A stretch of 64,000 nucleotides of DNA from Eledone cirrhosa (taxonomy: Eukaryota): assembly GCA_964016885.1 (NCBI GenBank), contig OZ024743.1, positions 102,982,001 to 103,046,000 of the forward strand, given 5' to 3'. Both the position numbers and the translations under genes were made by a program. Under the pieces are notes generated by a model. It saw only the letters and a program-made list of their open reading frames with translations. It did not search any database and was not told the DNA's origin. Of the stretch, positions 1 to 12,123 are shown one piece after another; positions within the stretch are counted from its first letter, which is position 1; the number at the start of each line of letters is the position of its first letter.

Positions 1-2400
1 ATCTCGTTCTTTGGGCGAGCGCCCATTCCAAGCATACTCAGGGACGCCACATATCCCACCCTCAGGTACCCCCTATCCTCCACCCCCGAGGCCAGCGCCA
101 AGCGTTTGCGTGACCAGGTAAACGCAAAGCTTATCATGGGTGATGTCTCGGCCGCAGTCAGAGTTGTTGCTTCAGAGGACACTGTCCTCCAACCCACCGA
201 GGAGGTCCTGGTTGCTCTGCGACGCAAACACCCTGAGCCACCCACTGATATCAGAGCCATACCCCCACCCGACTCCCACTTGCTCCTTGTGGCTACTGAT
301 GCAGACATCATGTCCGCCATCAGGTCCTTCCCAGCTAGCAGCTGCGGAGGTGATGTTGGTCTCCGACCAGGCCACCTCAAAGAGTTGGCACCCTCTCCGC
401 TGAGGCCGGGCTCCACCTTCTGAGTGCAATTGTGGCACTCACCAATAGGCTCATCCATGGTGCCCTGGACCCTTACGCCCGAGAGCTCTTTTTTTCGGCC
501 AGTCTCAACACTCTCAGGAAGAAAGAGGGTGGCATACGCCCCATTGCTGTGGGCAATGTCTTCCGGAGGCTGGCTGCCAAGTTGATCTGCAAGTCCGTCA
601 CACACGAACTGGGTGAGGAGTTTAGTCCGATGCAACTGTGTGTCGGCGTGTCCGGTGACTGTGAGGGGGCCGCTCATGCAACCAGGCAGTTCTTCAACAG
701 CTGCCCATCGGAACCGGCATCCAGAGAATCCAGGCACTTCATTGTCAAGCTTGACATGAGGAATGCCTTCAACTCTTTACGCCGGGATCATTTGCTCGAA
801 GCCTGCCTCAGCTGAGCCCCCTCTGCCTACCAGCTGACCTACCTGTCATATGGAGTCCCGAGCATGCTCCTTGCTGCTGATACGGTCATACCCTCGGCAA
901 CTGGGGTCCAACAGGGCGACCCTTTGGGACCCCTCCTGTTCGCCCTTGGTATTGACCACATCGCCCGGAGTATCACGGCCCCTCTCAACGTTTCGTATCT
1001 GGATGATGCTACGTTGGGCGGGCCCGTATGGACGATCTGCCATGACCTTCAATCGGTGGTTCCTGCCCTGGCGGGAATCGGCCTCCAGGTCAGCTCGTCC
1101 AAGTCGGAGGTGTTGAAAGTCAGTCTCGATGCTTCGAGCTTTGCAGCCTCCGTCTTGGACGTGCGGTCCTTTCTCCGCCAGGTTCAGGTGACTCCCAAAG
1201 AGGATGACCTCATCCTTGGGTCACCGATCCACCCGCCTGCCATCCGCTCCACCATCAGGTCCAGGCTTCAACAGCTCCAGGCTCTCACGAGCCGACTGGG
1301 CTTGATTGATGGCTACCCAGCTCTCTTTCTGCCGAGGAACTGCTTCGCCAAGCCGAAGTTGCTTTATACACTCCGCAGCGCTCCATGCTACACCCAGACA
1401 TCTCTCCTCGCTGACTTCGATACATGTATCCGAGCAGCAGCCGAGGGGATATGCAACGTCAAGTTTGACGACATAGGGTGGCAACAGGCCACTTTACCTA
1501 TCAGGTATGGCGGCTTTGGCCTCCGGTCCCCGATCTCACTAGCTTTGCCGGTGTATCTATCGTTGGTAACCTCGTGCCGCATCCTCGTCAGCAGGGTTCT
1601 TCAAAACAAAACAGAACCCTCTGTGTTCAGAGAACGTGAGGCCGCCTGTGAGACGTGGAACTGGCTGGGACTTAGCCCAGTAGACGTCCCTCCTCCTTCT
1701 CCCTCTGTTGTCGTCAAGTCCCCCCAACGTACTTGGGATGCCATCCAGTGCAGCCAGGCGTCAGAGAGGCTCACGTGCAATCTCGACCAGCACCGCCTTG
1801 CTTGTTTTCGTGCGGCCTCCAAACACCACAGTGGTTCCTGGCTCCATGCTCTGCCCTCCTCCTCCACCCGCTTTCCTGCCGCCACAGTCCCGGCCGCAAT
1901 CCACACCATGCTGCCCTCAACAAGGTCATTAAGCATGGCTTGGACGCTGCAGGCTTCCCTTCCCAGCTCGAGCCGGTGGGGCTGGATCGAGGGGTCAGCA
2001 AAAGGCCAGATTTTATGACCATCTTCCTGTTCCGCGGTGGCAAACCCCTCGTCTGGGATTCCACTTGCACCGACACTTTCTGCAGCCGCAACCTGGTGCA
2101 GTCTGCCACTGACGCAGGTTCTGCTGCACGTCGGGATGAGGGGGCAAAACACCTCACCGGTCGCTCTCCGACAGGTTTGCGGTCGTACCCTTGGCAGTGG
2201 AGACTTCTGGTGTCCTCGGCCCCAGTGCTACCTCCTTACTCACCACCAAAGGCGCTGAGCTGGCCAGCCGCAGGTGTGAGGCCGGCCAGTTGGAGTGGCT
2301 TTTCCAGCGCGTCTCCCTTGCCGTCTTCCGGAGAAACACCTTCTCCCTTCTGTCCGCTGGGGCTGTGGGTGGGCCCCATCGCTTACCGTTGTAGTTGTTG
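1..2400 (+). mobile_element. CRE-clade non-LTR retrotransposon (RT + restriction-like endonuclease), copy 1, degenerate, 5' part outside window
   Basis: Frameshifted ORFs 106-2394 carry GIRPIAVGNVFRRLAAK, KLDMRNAFNSLRRDHLL, GVQQGDPLGPLLF, YLDD, RH...KRPD..T..PF..GKPLVWD and AVETSGVLG, the RT plus PD-(D/E)xK layout of CRE elements. Highly similar to 19606-22098. Confidence 0.88.
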
Positions 2401-2469
2401 TATACAGATATTAACTCATCAATTCCAATTCTAGACACGATACATACATCTACCTAGTTGATGTTGTGT

Positions 2470-5400
2470 AAATAACAGATTAAAGTTTAAGCAAAGAATC
2501 GCTGCTTTCACTTTTAACGGGATCTTCTGAAACTAAGAAAATCAATCTGTGAAAGCAGAAGTAAATATTTCGAAAAACGTTTCAACCGAAGGAAAGCAGG
2601 AAGACGGTACTTTGGTTCGTGGAATCAATCCCTGGCAATGAACGAAAAAAAACGAAGATATACGTCATTATTTGGAGTGTTGAGAACAATTACACGCAAA
2701 GACAAAACCACGTTTATGGTATAAATGAAGTCGTAGACTAAAATTCTATTTAGGAAACCGAATGATTCTCGGCTTCAGAGTTAAAAATAATGTAAATAAA
2801 TTATAGAGGTTATTGAAATAAACAATAATTAAATATATACATGCCCGCATCCATATACGTACATACACATACATAGGCGAAAACAGCCGCCATGGGTATG
2901 CCTATACAAGCACGTACACAAAAACACGCGCACACATACAAAAACCAGCGCAACACCTGTACCCGCACACATACGAACGTATACACCAAATACACATAAA
3001 AAACATTAAAAAATATATATATCTGTGTGTGTGTGCATGTATACATATAATTATATAAACGTATATAAATATACACGCACAAATACGTATATAACGCGCG
3101 CATACACATACCTACAGGTAAATACACCTATGTTCGCTAAACTTACGTCAACCAAAACACAAAGTACACATATACACACCCTACATACGTGCAGACCCGC
3201 ATACACACGCAAACGCAAAATACACGTATACGCATAACCATATACACATGTACCAGTATATATAATATTATATATACACCTATGACAAATACAAGAAAAT
3301 ATACGTACGAGAAAGTATACGTACCTTCACAAAACATACAGGTAGGTAATATATACTTACCTATACAAATAAGTAATGGTATAAACATAAAATATACTTA
3401 GCTAGCACATGAAGACGTAAATTATCCGCGTATTGTTCGTACTATCCGTTAGAGTATAATGTGGGGCTGTAATACAGGAAAGTTTTATGCAATTTATGTT
3501 TACAAGCCGAAATTGCCTCAAATTTTTTGTTTAACATGTGGTTATTGGCGTAGAGTATTTCCAGAGCTTCAGCGGCGCAGAGGTCGCATGTTCTTTTATT
3601 TCCGTTATACGATCTGCCTAAGCTAGGATCTCCCAGTGTAACCTATATTGGGCGTGGTTGTCTTTTAGACTCCAGATATAAGCTGAAAGTGACGTCATAT
3701 TCCTTTTTAAAGGATTAAGAAAAGAATGGGTATGCATGTAAAGACGCTGCTTGAATCTATTGGCGGTTAACCCTATGTAGGCCCTACTAGACGTGGGTGT
3801 TTCAACCTTACATTTGTAGACAATGTTACTGGAGAGGCATTTCCCAGATAGGGGGCAGTTGAGCCTATTCCTACAATTACAGTTAGTACTAGCTACAGGA
3901 TTGCACGTGTTCCTACGGCTAGGTAATTTAGCTAAATTTGAAGCAGTGATGTTATGTGCATGGTTTAGGAGTCGTAGAGTAAGAAATGTTAATGATATTT
4001 CTATTAAAATATTTATTATATTTATGTGTTGGGGGGAAATGCTTCTTAATAAGGGAGAGAAAGATCTTAGCTAATGGTGTGGCCACTTCCATATTATATG
4101 GTGGGTTATACCATATAATCCGTCGGGATCTATTTTTCCTAGGTCTATGCTCATACTCGGTATATGCTACCTTATCGACAAATCCACTCCGAGCGAGAGC
4201 TTCATTATAATATGTGGAATGGTCGGTGAAAATATGCTCGTTTGTAGATAGACGGGAAAGCCTCAAAGAAACGTTTCTTACCAGGTTCTTGGTTATGCTG
4301 GCAGGATGGTTAGAATGCTTACTTATGTAATTAAGCGTATCATTCGGCTTTCTATGCGGGTAGTGCAAGCCATTCGATAAATTGAGGGTAACGTCGAGGT
4401 AATTAACGACTGAGAGGTTGGCCTCAACCTGTATGGAGAGGTTGAAGCCTTTAAAGAAGGCTGTGAGTTCTTTTCTGAACCTGTCGCAAGCACGTGGGCC
4501 GCACTTAGTGATGGTCAAAATACCATCATCACGGTACAAACGACCGCCTACGTTGGGGAATTCTTCCTTGATAGAGAAAAGAAGAAAAAGGCCGATAGGA
4601 TCAGTAACCTCCACAGAATCGCTGGCGCCCATACTCACGCCGAATGGGGTACTATTAGATGTTTTAATCCAAATAGAGTCGTCGAAATTAATCACCGACT
4701 TACGGGCATTGAGGATGACATCAGCTTCAAAATCCTTAACCACTGTGAGCGTTTTACCGAAATTGATAGCTCTAAGAATAAGTGATAAAGTGATGGAGGA
4801 GTAGTAATTATTGATGTCGAATTGAATAAAACGGCAATGTTCCTTGTTGCATATGCCGTTGAACCAATCAATCACCGCGAAACAATTGTTCCACAGTGCA
4901 AGAGGGACCAAGCTTCTAATTTCAGGTATAATTCTATCTAAAATCCTTTTAATAAGTCTACCTAAATCGGACTTCGTAGGGTTAATAAGCCGAATAGAGG
5001 GGTTGTTGGGGAAATTGGATTTGTGATCCTTCAGGGTAAAGTGGGGAGAAATAGGGTCCAGAGGTTCAGTCCGGTCGTGGATGTTAAGATCAGAACTCAT
5101 TTTACACCCAGCATCGATGATGCCATTAATGACACTCCGCTTAGTTTTACGGTAATCCTTAGTTACAGCATTATGTAGCAGTTGATGGTAAGTACTGCGC
5201 TCCACTCGATATAGATTGGCAGTTTCATCAGACTGGACGTGCACGGCATTAGAATCCTTAATAGAACGAATTCTATTCTTCAGGTCCTGCTGGAAAGAAT
5301 TGCTCCTATTCCGAAATGTGATACCCGTATGAGTTCCAAGACATCATTTTCGAAGGGTAGTAATGATGGGCTACTCGAGGGTTATTGTAAGTTTTAAACC

Positions 5401-5510
5401 CAAATTTATCCTGTTTATTGTCCGCTTTTTCCTTATTATCGAAATAAAAGGCAACCTTTTAATGAACGAGCCTGTTTTCTGTATCAGGAGTTTTAGGTAT
5501 GTCTTCCTAG
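2470..5510 (-). mobile_element. Penelope-like element (RT + C-terminal GIY-YIG), probably Hydra clade, degenerate
   Basis: ORF 3952-5244 has QFDINNYYSSI, GVSMGASDS and YRDDG. Downstream frames give CNCRNRLNCPLSGKCL..IVYKC..AYIGLT (CxCx5C linker + GIY-YIG) at ~3890-3700. 3' UTR runs to ~2470; the 5' end is cut by a SINE at ~5510. Confidence 0.88.
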
Positions 5511-5605
5511 AGGTTGATTTTGCCTTTCATCCTTACGGGGTCGATAAAATAAAGTACCAGTGGTACACTGGGATAATTGCTGGCCTTGTGCCAAAAGTAG
5601 AAACA
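5510..5605 (+). mobile_element. 5'-truncated tRNA-derived SINE (ttgcctttcatcct..ggtcgataaa family) with (ATT)n tail
   Basis: Same core and tail as the fuller copy at 32871-33060. Confidence 0.8.
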
Positions 5606-5650
5606 ATTATTATTATTATTATTATATATATATATGTATATATATATATG

Positions 5651-5702
<52 letters not shown>

Positions 5703-5948
5703 GTGTGTGTGTGTGTGTGTGTGTGTACCTGTGAAATAATTAATTAGCCTTGCATAAGATTAATTAATTCGTCTTTCATAAGTGGCTAATTAATGTCATT
5801 CACATACCAATAGAGTTTACAGCATATTCAGTGCCTCTGAATCAATAAAAAGGCAATATAAAATGAGCAGAGGTCCTTGAAATGCGACATTAAACAATTT
5901 AGATCATAAAACAAACACGAATAAAATAATTATTAAACTCTGTGAGCT

Positions 5949-6110
5949 TAGGCGGCGAATTGGCAGAGATGTTAAGAGGCTGGTTGGATTGCTTTGCAGT
6001 ATTCACTCTGGCTCTCTGTGCTCTGAGGTCAAATTCCACTGAGTTAAGCTTTCCCTTTCATACTTTCGAGGTCAATAAAAAAAAAATGTACCAGTCCAGT
6101 ACTGAGCTCG
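5949..6110 (+). mobile_element. Diverged tRNA-SINE, same family
   Basis: ggcggcgaattggcaga head, ggtcaaattcc B-box-like, ctttcatactttcgaggtcaataaaa core. Confidence 0.65.
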
Positions 6111-6532
6111 ATCCTTCTATATATTTTCACACTAACTCTTTATCTTCTTTTCTGGAAAATATCGACTGTGTTCAGACCTGGGGAGTGGATAGGCTTCGCC
6201 AGGTTTAAAAAGCTCCAAGACACGCCATATGTCACTACGGTGCGCCTAACACACCATCAGCAGATACGGATACAAACACACACGTGCACGCACACTCACA
6301 CACAATGCATAAGATGTTTTGAGACCTTGATCTATATTACACAAATTGGATAACTACAGTTTAACAATGAGTAACGATAACCGGTGGATCTCTGTCAGTT
6401 TCGAAGAACAGAATTTCAGTTGTATCCAAATGTATCAATTTTCGAGTAATTAGCTAAAACAAGTATTTCATTTCTAATCATAGGAATCTCTGAAATTAAA
6501 CAAAATAAATATTTACACACACACACATACAC

Positions 6533-7173
6533 ACGTATTTATGTGTGTATATTTATATACGTTTATATAATTATATGTATACACGTACACACACACATGT
6601 ATATATATTTTTAAATATATATTTCTATGTGTATTTGGTGTATATGTTCGTATGTGTGCGGGTACAGGCGTTGCGTGGGTTCTGTATGTGCGTGCGTGTT
6701 TTTTGTGTACGTTTTTCTTTGTCTACGTGCTTGTATTTGCATACCCATGGCGGCTGTTTTCGCGTAAGCATGTGTATGTACGTATATGGATGCGAGCATG
6801 TATATATTTAATTTTTGTTGATTTCAATTACCTCTGTAATTTATTTACATTATTCTTAACTCTGAAGCCGAGAATCATTCGGTATCCTAAATAGAATATT
6901 AGTCTTCGACTTCATTTATACCATAAACGTGGTTTTGTCTTTGCGTGTAATTGTTTTCAACGCTCCAAATAATGACGTATTATCTTCGTTTTTTTTTTCG
7001 TTCATTGCCAGGGAACGTTTCCACGAACCAGAGTATGGTCTTCCTGTCTTCCTTCGGTTGCAACGTTTTCCGAAATATTTACTTCTGCGTTCACAGATTG
7101 ATTATTTTAGTTTCAGAAGATCACGTTAAGGGTGAAAGCAGCGATTCTTTGCTTATATTTTAATCTGTTATTT
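6533..7173 (+). repeat. Inverted copy (~630 bp) of 2470-3089; inverted pseudo-LTR of the PLE
   Basis: e.g. 2473 taacagattaaa..gcaaagaatcgctgctttcac is the reverse complement of 7132-7170 gtgaaagcagcgattctttgc..taatctgtta. Similarity continues across the arm. Confidence 0.9.
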
Positions 7174-7259
7174 TAATAAATATTTACTCTACGGTTCTTA
7201 TATATTTGATATATATTTATCCTTATCGAGCCCTCTTTGGATTTTAGTCTTCAAATTTA

Positions 7260-7489
<230 letters not shown>

Positions 7490-7600
7490 AACAGATATCC
7501 ACGGTAAGTTGTGGGGTCTAGTCTGCATGAAGAACTCAATGTAATCCATATGTTGAAAATGTTATATTTCTAATGACTTGATTTTTTATTTCATTGTTTT

Positions 7601-7645
<45 letters not shown>

Positions 7646-7699
7646 TTGCGAGGTTTTTTATATGAAATCGTGTGTCGAAACAAATATTGTTATACTTGG

Positions 7700-10600
7700 G
7701 GAGGGTCATATTTGTGTAATATTGCCAGCATTAGCTTGTGCCAAGCTGAAAGGTTATTGAAAGACACTGTTTTCTGTTATATAAAAACTACAATAACAAC
7801 AGAACAAATCTGCTTCTTAAAACACTGTGTTTCCTCCAAAATATACACATCAAACATATCAAAATAAGTAAGTAATTTATTATTGAACAAAACACAAGCT
7901 GAATGACTAAAACACACAATAACAGTTAATATGAAAAGAACAACATACACAAAAGTTAACGAACTTTACAGACAGAAACGCATTAACGGTAAGGAAGTCC
8001 GAAATCTCACCACCTCAAAAGAGAGGATTGACTTCATGAGCGTCATTCGACGTGAAACGAATGCAATGGGCATTTCAATAAGAAATTAGAATGGATGTAT
8101 AAGAAAAAACTAGAAGAAAGAAAAATAGAATATTCTCAAAAATACCCAGATAACATCAACAATATCTGTATGACTGATGTAAAACTACCGGAAGAATTTA
8201 CCAATGACCACACAGTAAATATTTATGGGAACACTTTAATCAGTGAACAAGAACAACAAATCCTGCAGCTACCATCAAAATTTGCTATCTACAAAAAGAT
8301 TAACCCTATTGAGTGCAAAACGAAGCTGGAAAAGTGTTTCACAAAAATACGTTGGAATGCAAAAGTAAACAAAAACAACAACTATACGGACAACAACAAC
8401 AATTTTAACGGTAGTAGTAATATAAACAATAACCCTGAGTATAGAAATAACAGCTATAATAGTAATAGTCATAACAATAACAATAGTAAGGGAGTGAGAA
8501 ATAGTAATAATGGTTATAATATTAACGATAGACAGAACAACAACAACAACCACAATAATAATAATAATAGAAACATTAACTACAGACACAGCAGCAGCGA
8601 CCACAGTAGTAATAACGGTAACAATACGAATAACAACAACAACAACGACGGTGGTAATAATAGAAATAATACATATAGCAACATTAATGATAGACACAAC
8701 AAAAACAAGAAACATAATAAAAGTAACAACCACAATGGTAGAAATAACAGTAACAACAACAATAACGGTGGAGAAAACAACAACAATACATCTAACAATC
8801 ACAGCAAAAATACATCTAGCAATCATAACAACAATACATCTAACAATCACAGCAACAATACATCTAGCAATCATAACAACAATATATCTAACAATCACAG
8901 CAACAATACATCTAGCAATCATAACAATAATAATAATGCTAATGATAGGAACAACAACAACCACCATAATAACAATAATAGCAACACACACAACTATGAC
9001 GATAGATATAATGACAACTCCTTAGGGAAACTATTCTTCAACCCAGCTGACAAAACATATAAGATGGGTAATATCTATCCTACGAGGTTACCCTTTAATA
9101 AAAGAGTTTGCATACCACAACAAATAGATGACGAGACAGAGGCACAGTTCACCATAGCTAGAAATAAGATTAGACAAATAGTAGACCGGTATACTAAGAG
9201 ACAGAGCAGACCAGAGGTCCAACAACTTGGGAGGAAACCTGTAGAAGGCTTGGTTAGCCTCAAGCAACGCACAAGGGATGGTGAGGTAGTATGTCTACCC
9301 ACGGATAAGTCTGGTAGGATGTCAATAGACAGCATGCCAAACTACATCAAGGCTATGCAACCCCACATCACCAACACGAGCGAAATTGCACAGCAGATAC
9401 ATGATGGGAGAGAGAAAATCCTCAACGCTCACATGATGATGTCGACCGACATCTTAAAGCCAAGCAGACGCACTGCCCACAACCTCCGGGCGTCTAACAA
9501 TGGCATACCACCCTTGTATGGGCTCCGCAAAGACCATAAGAGAGTCGACGACCCGACAACAGGACCACCAACAAGACCAGTATGCGGAGCAAATATAGCT
9601 AGCAACTACAGGATCTCCTACATCCTCTCAATGGCTATACGCCCCATAATCAAGATGTCCCCAGATGTATGTGACAGTACAGAGGACCTCCTCAGCAGAA
9701 TCAGTGAGTGCAACAAAAACAGGAACCTATCCAACTGCATAATAGGTAGCATGGATGTGGTATCACTGTACCCATCCATTAACATTGATTTTGTTGTGGA
9801 AAAATGTGTGGAGATGATCATTGAGAGTGTGGTGGAGTTCTGCGACGTCGACACATACGAACTGGGCCGCCTACTTAGACTTATATACGACACTGACAGC
9901 CATGACCTTAGACGTTTCTGCCCCAGTAGACCCATAAGAGGTAGACCCCCCCCACCATAAACTCAATGGCAAAAAAGACTCCCATGGGAAGGTGGATTGG
10001 GTGAACCAAAGCTATACGGACTCCCCAAAACAATGATCAGGTAAGAAAAATGGTCGCACATGCAATAGGGTCTAGTATCAAACCTACCCTAAAGGGCCAC
10101 ATATTCAAATTCAACGAGAAGATCTACACCCAAAATGAGGGAGCAGCCATTGGCGTCAGCATAGCTGGTGACGTTGCCAATCTTTTTATGGTATGGTGGG
10201 AAAGGAGACTTAAAGATCTCCTTGATGAGAGCTCCATAGACCTCATCATGTACTCTCGTTACGTAGACGATATCAATATAGTAATAAGAACATCCCCACA
10301 AGAGAGCACTAACAAGTTTGATTTAGAACGTAGCACAATGTAAAGCATCCAGCAGATAGCTAATTCCATACACCAGAGTATAACTGTAACTATCGACTAC
10401 CCTTCCAAACACCCTAACAATAGACTACCTGTATTAGACACGGAACTCTGGATTAACACTATAGACGAGAGAGCCCAAATTCTCGACTCACACTATGCTA
10501 AACCCATGGCCTCCAAATACCTGATACTCAAAAAGTCAGCAATGTCCAGTAGTTATAAGTTTAATATTCTGATCGCAGACTTGGTACGAGTGATGAAGAA

Positions 10601-11910
10601 CGTGTCACGCATCTGCGACCCAACAGAAATAGAAAGTCACATCCAACACTTCATCAACCGCATGCAGTTCTCTGGCTACAACCAAAGAGACAGAATCAGA
10701 GTATACGAAGGAGCCGCGGAGAAGTATAAGACACTCATAGAACTGGACATGAAAGGAATTTGCCCATTATACAGGAGCAAATCATGGAATAGCTTAGATA
10801 GGGCTAAACATAAGATAGAGAAAGCCACCTCATGGTACGACAACCAGAGATACCAGAGTGTCATGTTTGTGGACGCTACCCCTGGAGGGAAATTAGCTAA
10901 CCATTGTAGAAAGGCCCTGAGAAAGACCCACTTAAAGATTAAGGTGGTAGAAAAGCCAGGAACCACCATAAAATCCCTGATCAGCAAAACCTACCCTTTT
11001 AAGAAAACCCACTGTACTAATAGGAAATGTATCATATGTAAAGTAAACCCCCGGATAAACTGTAAAACTAGAAACGTAGTCTATAGCATAAGATGTACAG
11101 AGGGTACTTGCAGAAACATGACAATAACATACATAGGCGAGGCAGCTCGTAGCATAGGTGAAAGGATAGACCAACACTGGGAGGGGGGGGGACTAAAAGG
11201 ACGAAAAAATGGTTCAGTACTATACGAACATGCCAGACAACAACACGACGGTAACATAGACAACATAGAAATTAGAATAATATCTAAACATTGAAATAAC
11301 CCAGCAGATAGGCAAATCAGAGAGTCCAGTGAAATAGAACTTAGAAGGCTAAGGCTAAACAGAAAAAACTGAATGGAAATAACAACAACACCCAAACAAA
11401 CAACACTGACCTAAGAGAAGTATTAATAAATAAATAAATAGATAAATAAATAAATGCATACACAAGCACAATAACAACAAACACATATAAACACACACTA
11501 GTAAAGATAGAATACATTAACCAATACACAGTCACCCAAACACGAACACACATCAAACAAAACACTATACACACACGCAAACGCATGTGCAAAGAAGACA
11601 AAAAAATAAACAAATAAATATATAAACAGACTAAATAAAGATGGCGTAGACATATAATGCAACGGGAGGAAACAATAGCACCACTGACGATGTTGAAGAT
11701 GTGCAACGAAAGAACTTTGATAGACAATATATATGTCTTTGTGTCTATATAGTATCTGTATGTTTGACCGTTGGTCACTCAATGGTGACATTGAGGACCG
11801 AATAAATTAAATTAACCGATATAAAAGACACAGAAGCGAAAAGCGAAAACCAACCAAACAGTGAGTGTGTTCTGTTATTAATTCTGGCAATATTACACAA
11901 ATATGACCCA
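7700..11910 (+). mobile_element. Penelope-like element (Neptune/Nematis-like Cys linker) with Asn-rich segment, a few stops/frameshifts
   Basis: LPSKFA (pKF), TDKSG, LYGLRKDHK, RPVCG, GSMDVVSLYPSI, GAAIGVSIAGDVANLFM, YSRYVDDI, CTNRKCIIC and VVYSIRC..YIGEAARSIGERIDQH (GIY-YIG) in ORFs 8095-9960, 10050-10343 and 10506-11294. Flanked by (TA)n. Confidence 0.9.
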
Positions 11911-11911
11911 C

Positions 11912-12011
<100 letters not shown>

Positions 12012-12060
12012 ATATTAATAAATGGAAACTATATTTATAAAACCATATTTATTTTATTAT

Positions 12061-12123
12061 ATTTATTATACATATTTCAAGGGCAACCAAGGCAAATTAT
12101 GGTGGGCTTTCATCAGATAAAAT
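12061..12123 (-). ncRNA. Type-I hammerhead ribozyme motif in PLE pseudo-LTR
   Basis: Reverse complement reads ttttat CTGATGA aag..ctt GAAA tatgta TA ataaat. Confidence 0.7.

Noticed and set aside
8275-9025. Hydrophobic V/I/L-rich and T/I-rich ORFs
   Set aside because: Alternative frames of the AAC/AAT tract in the PLE.
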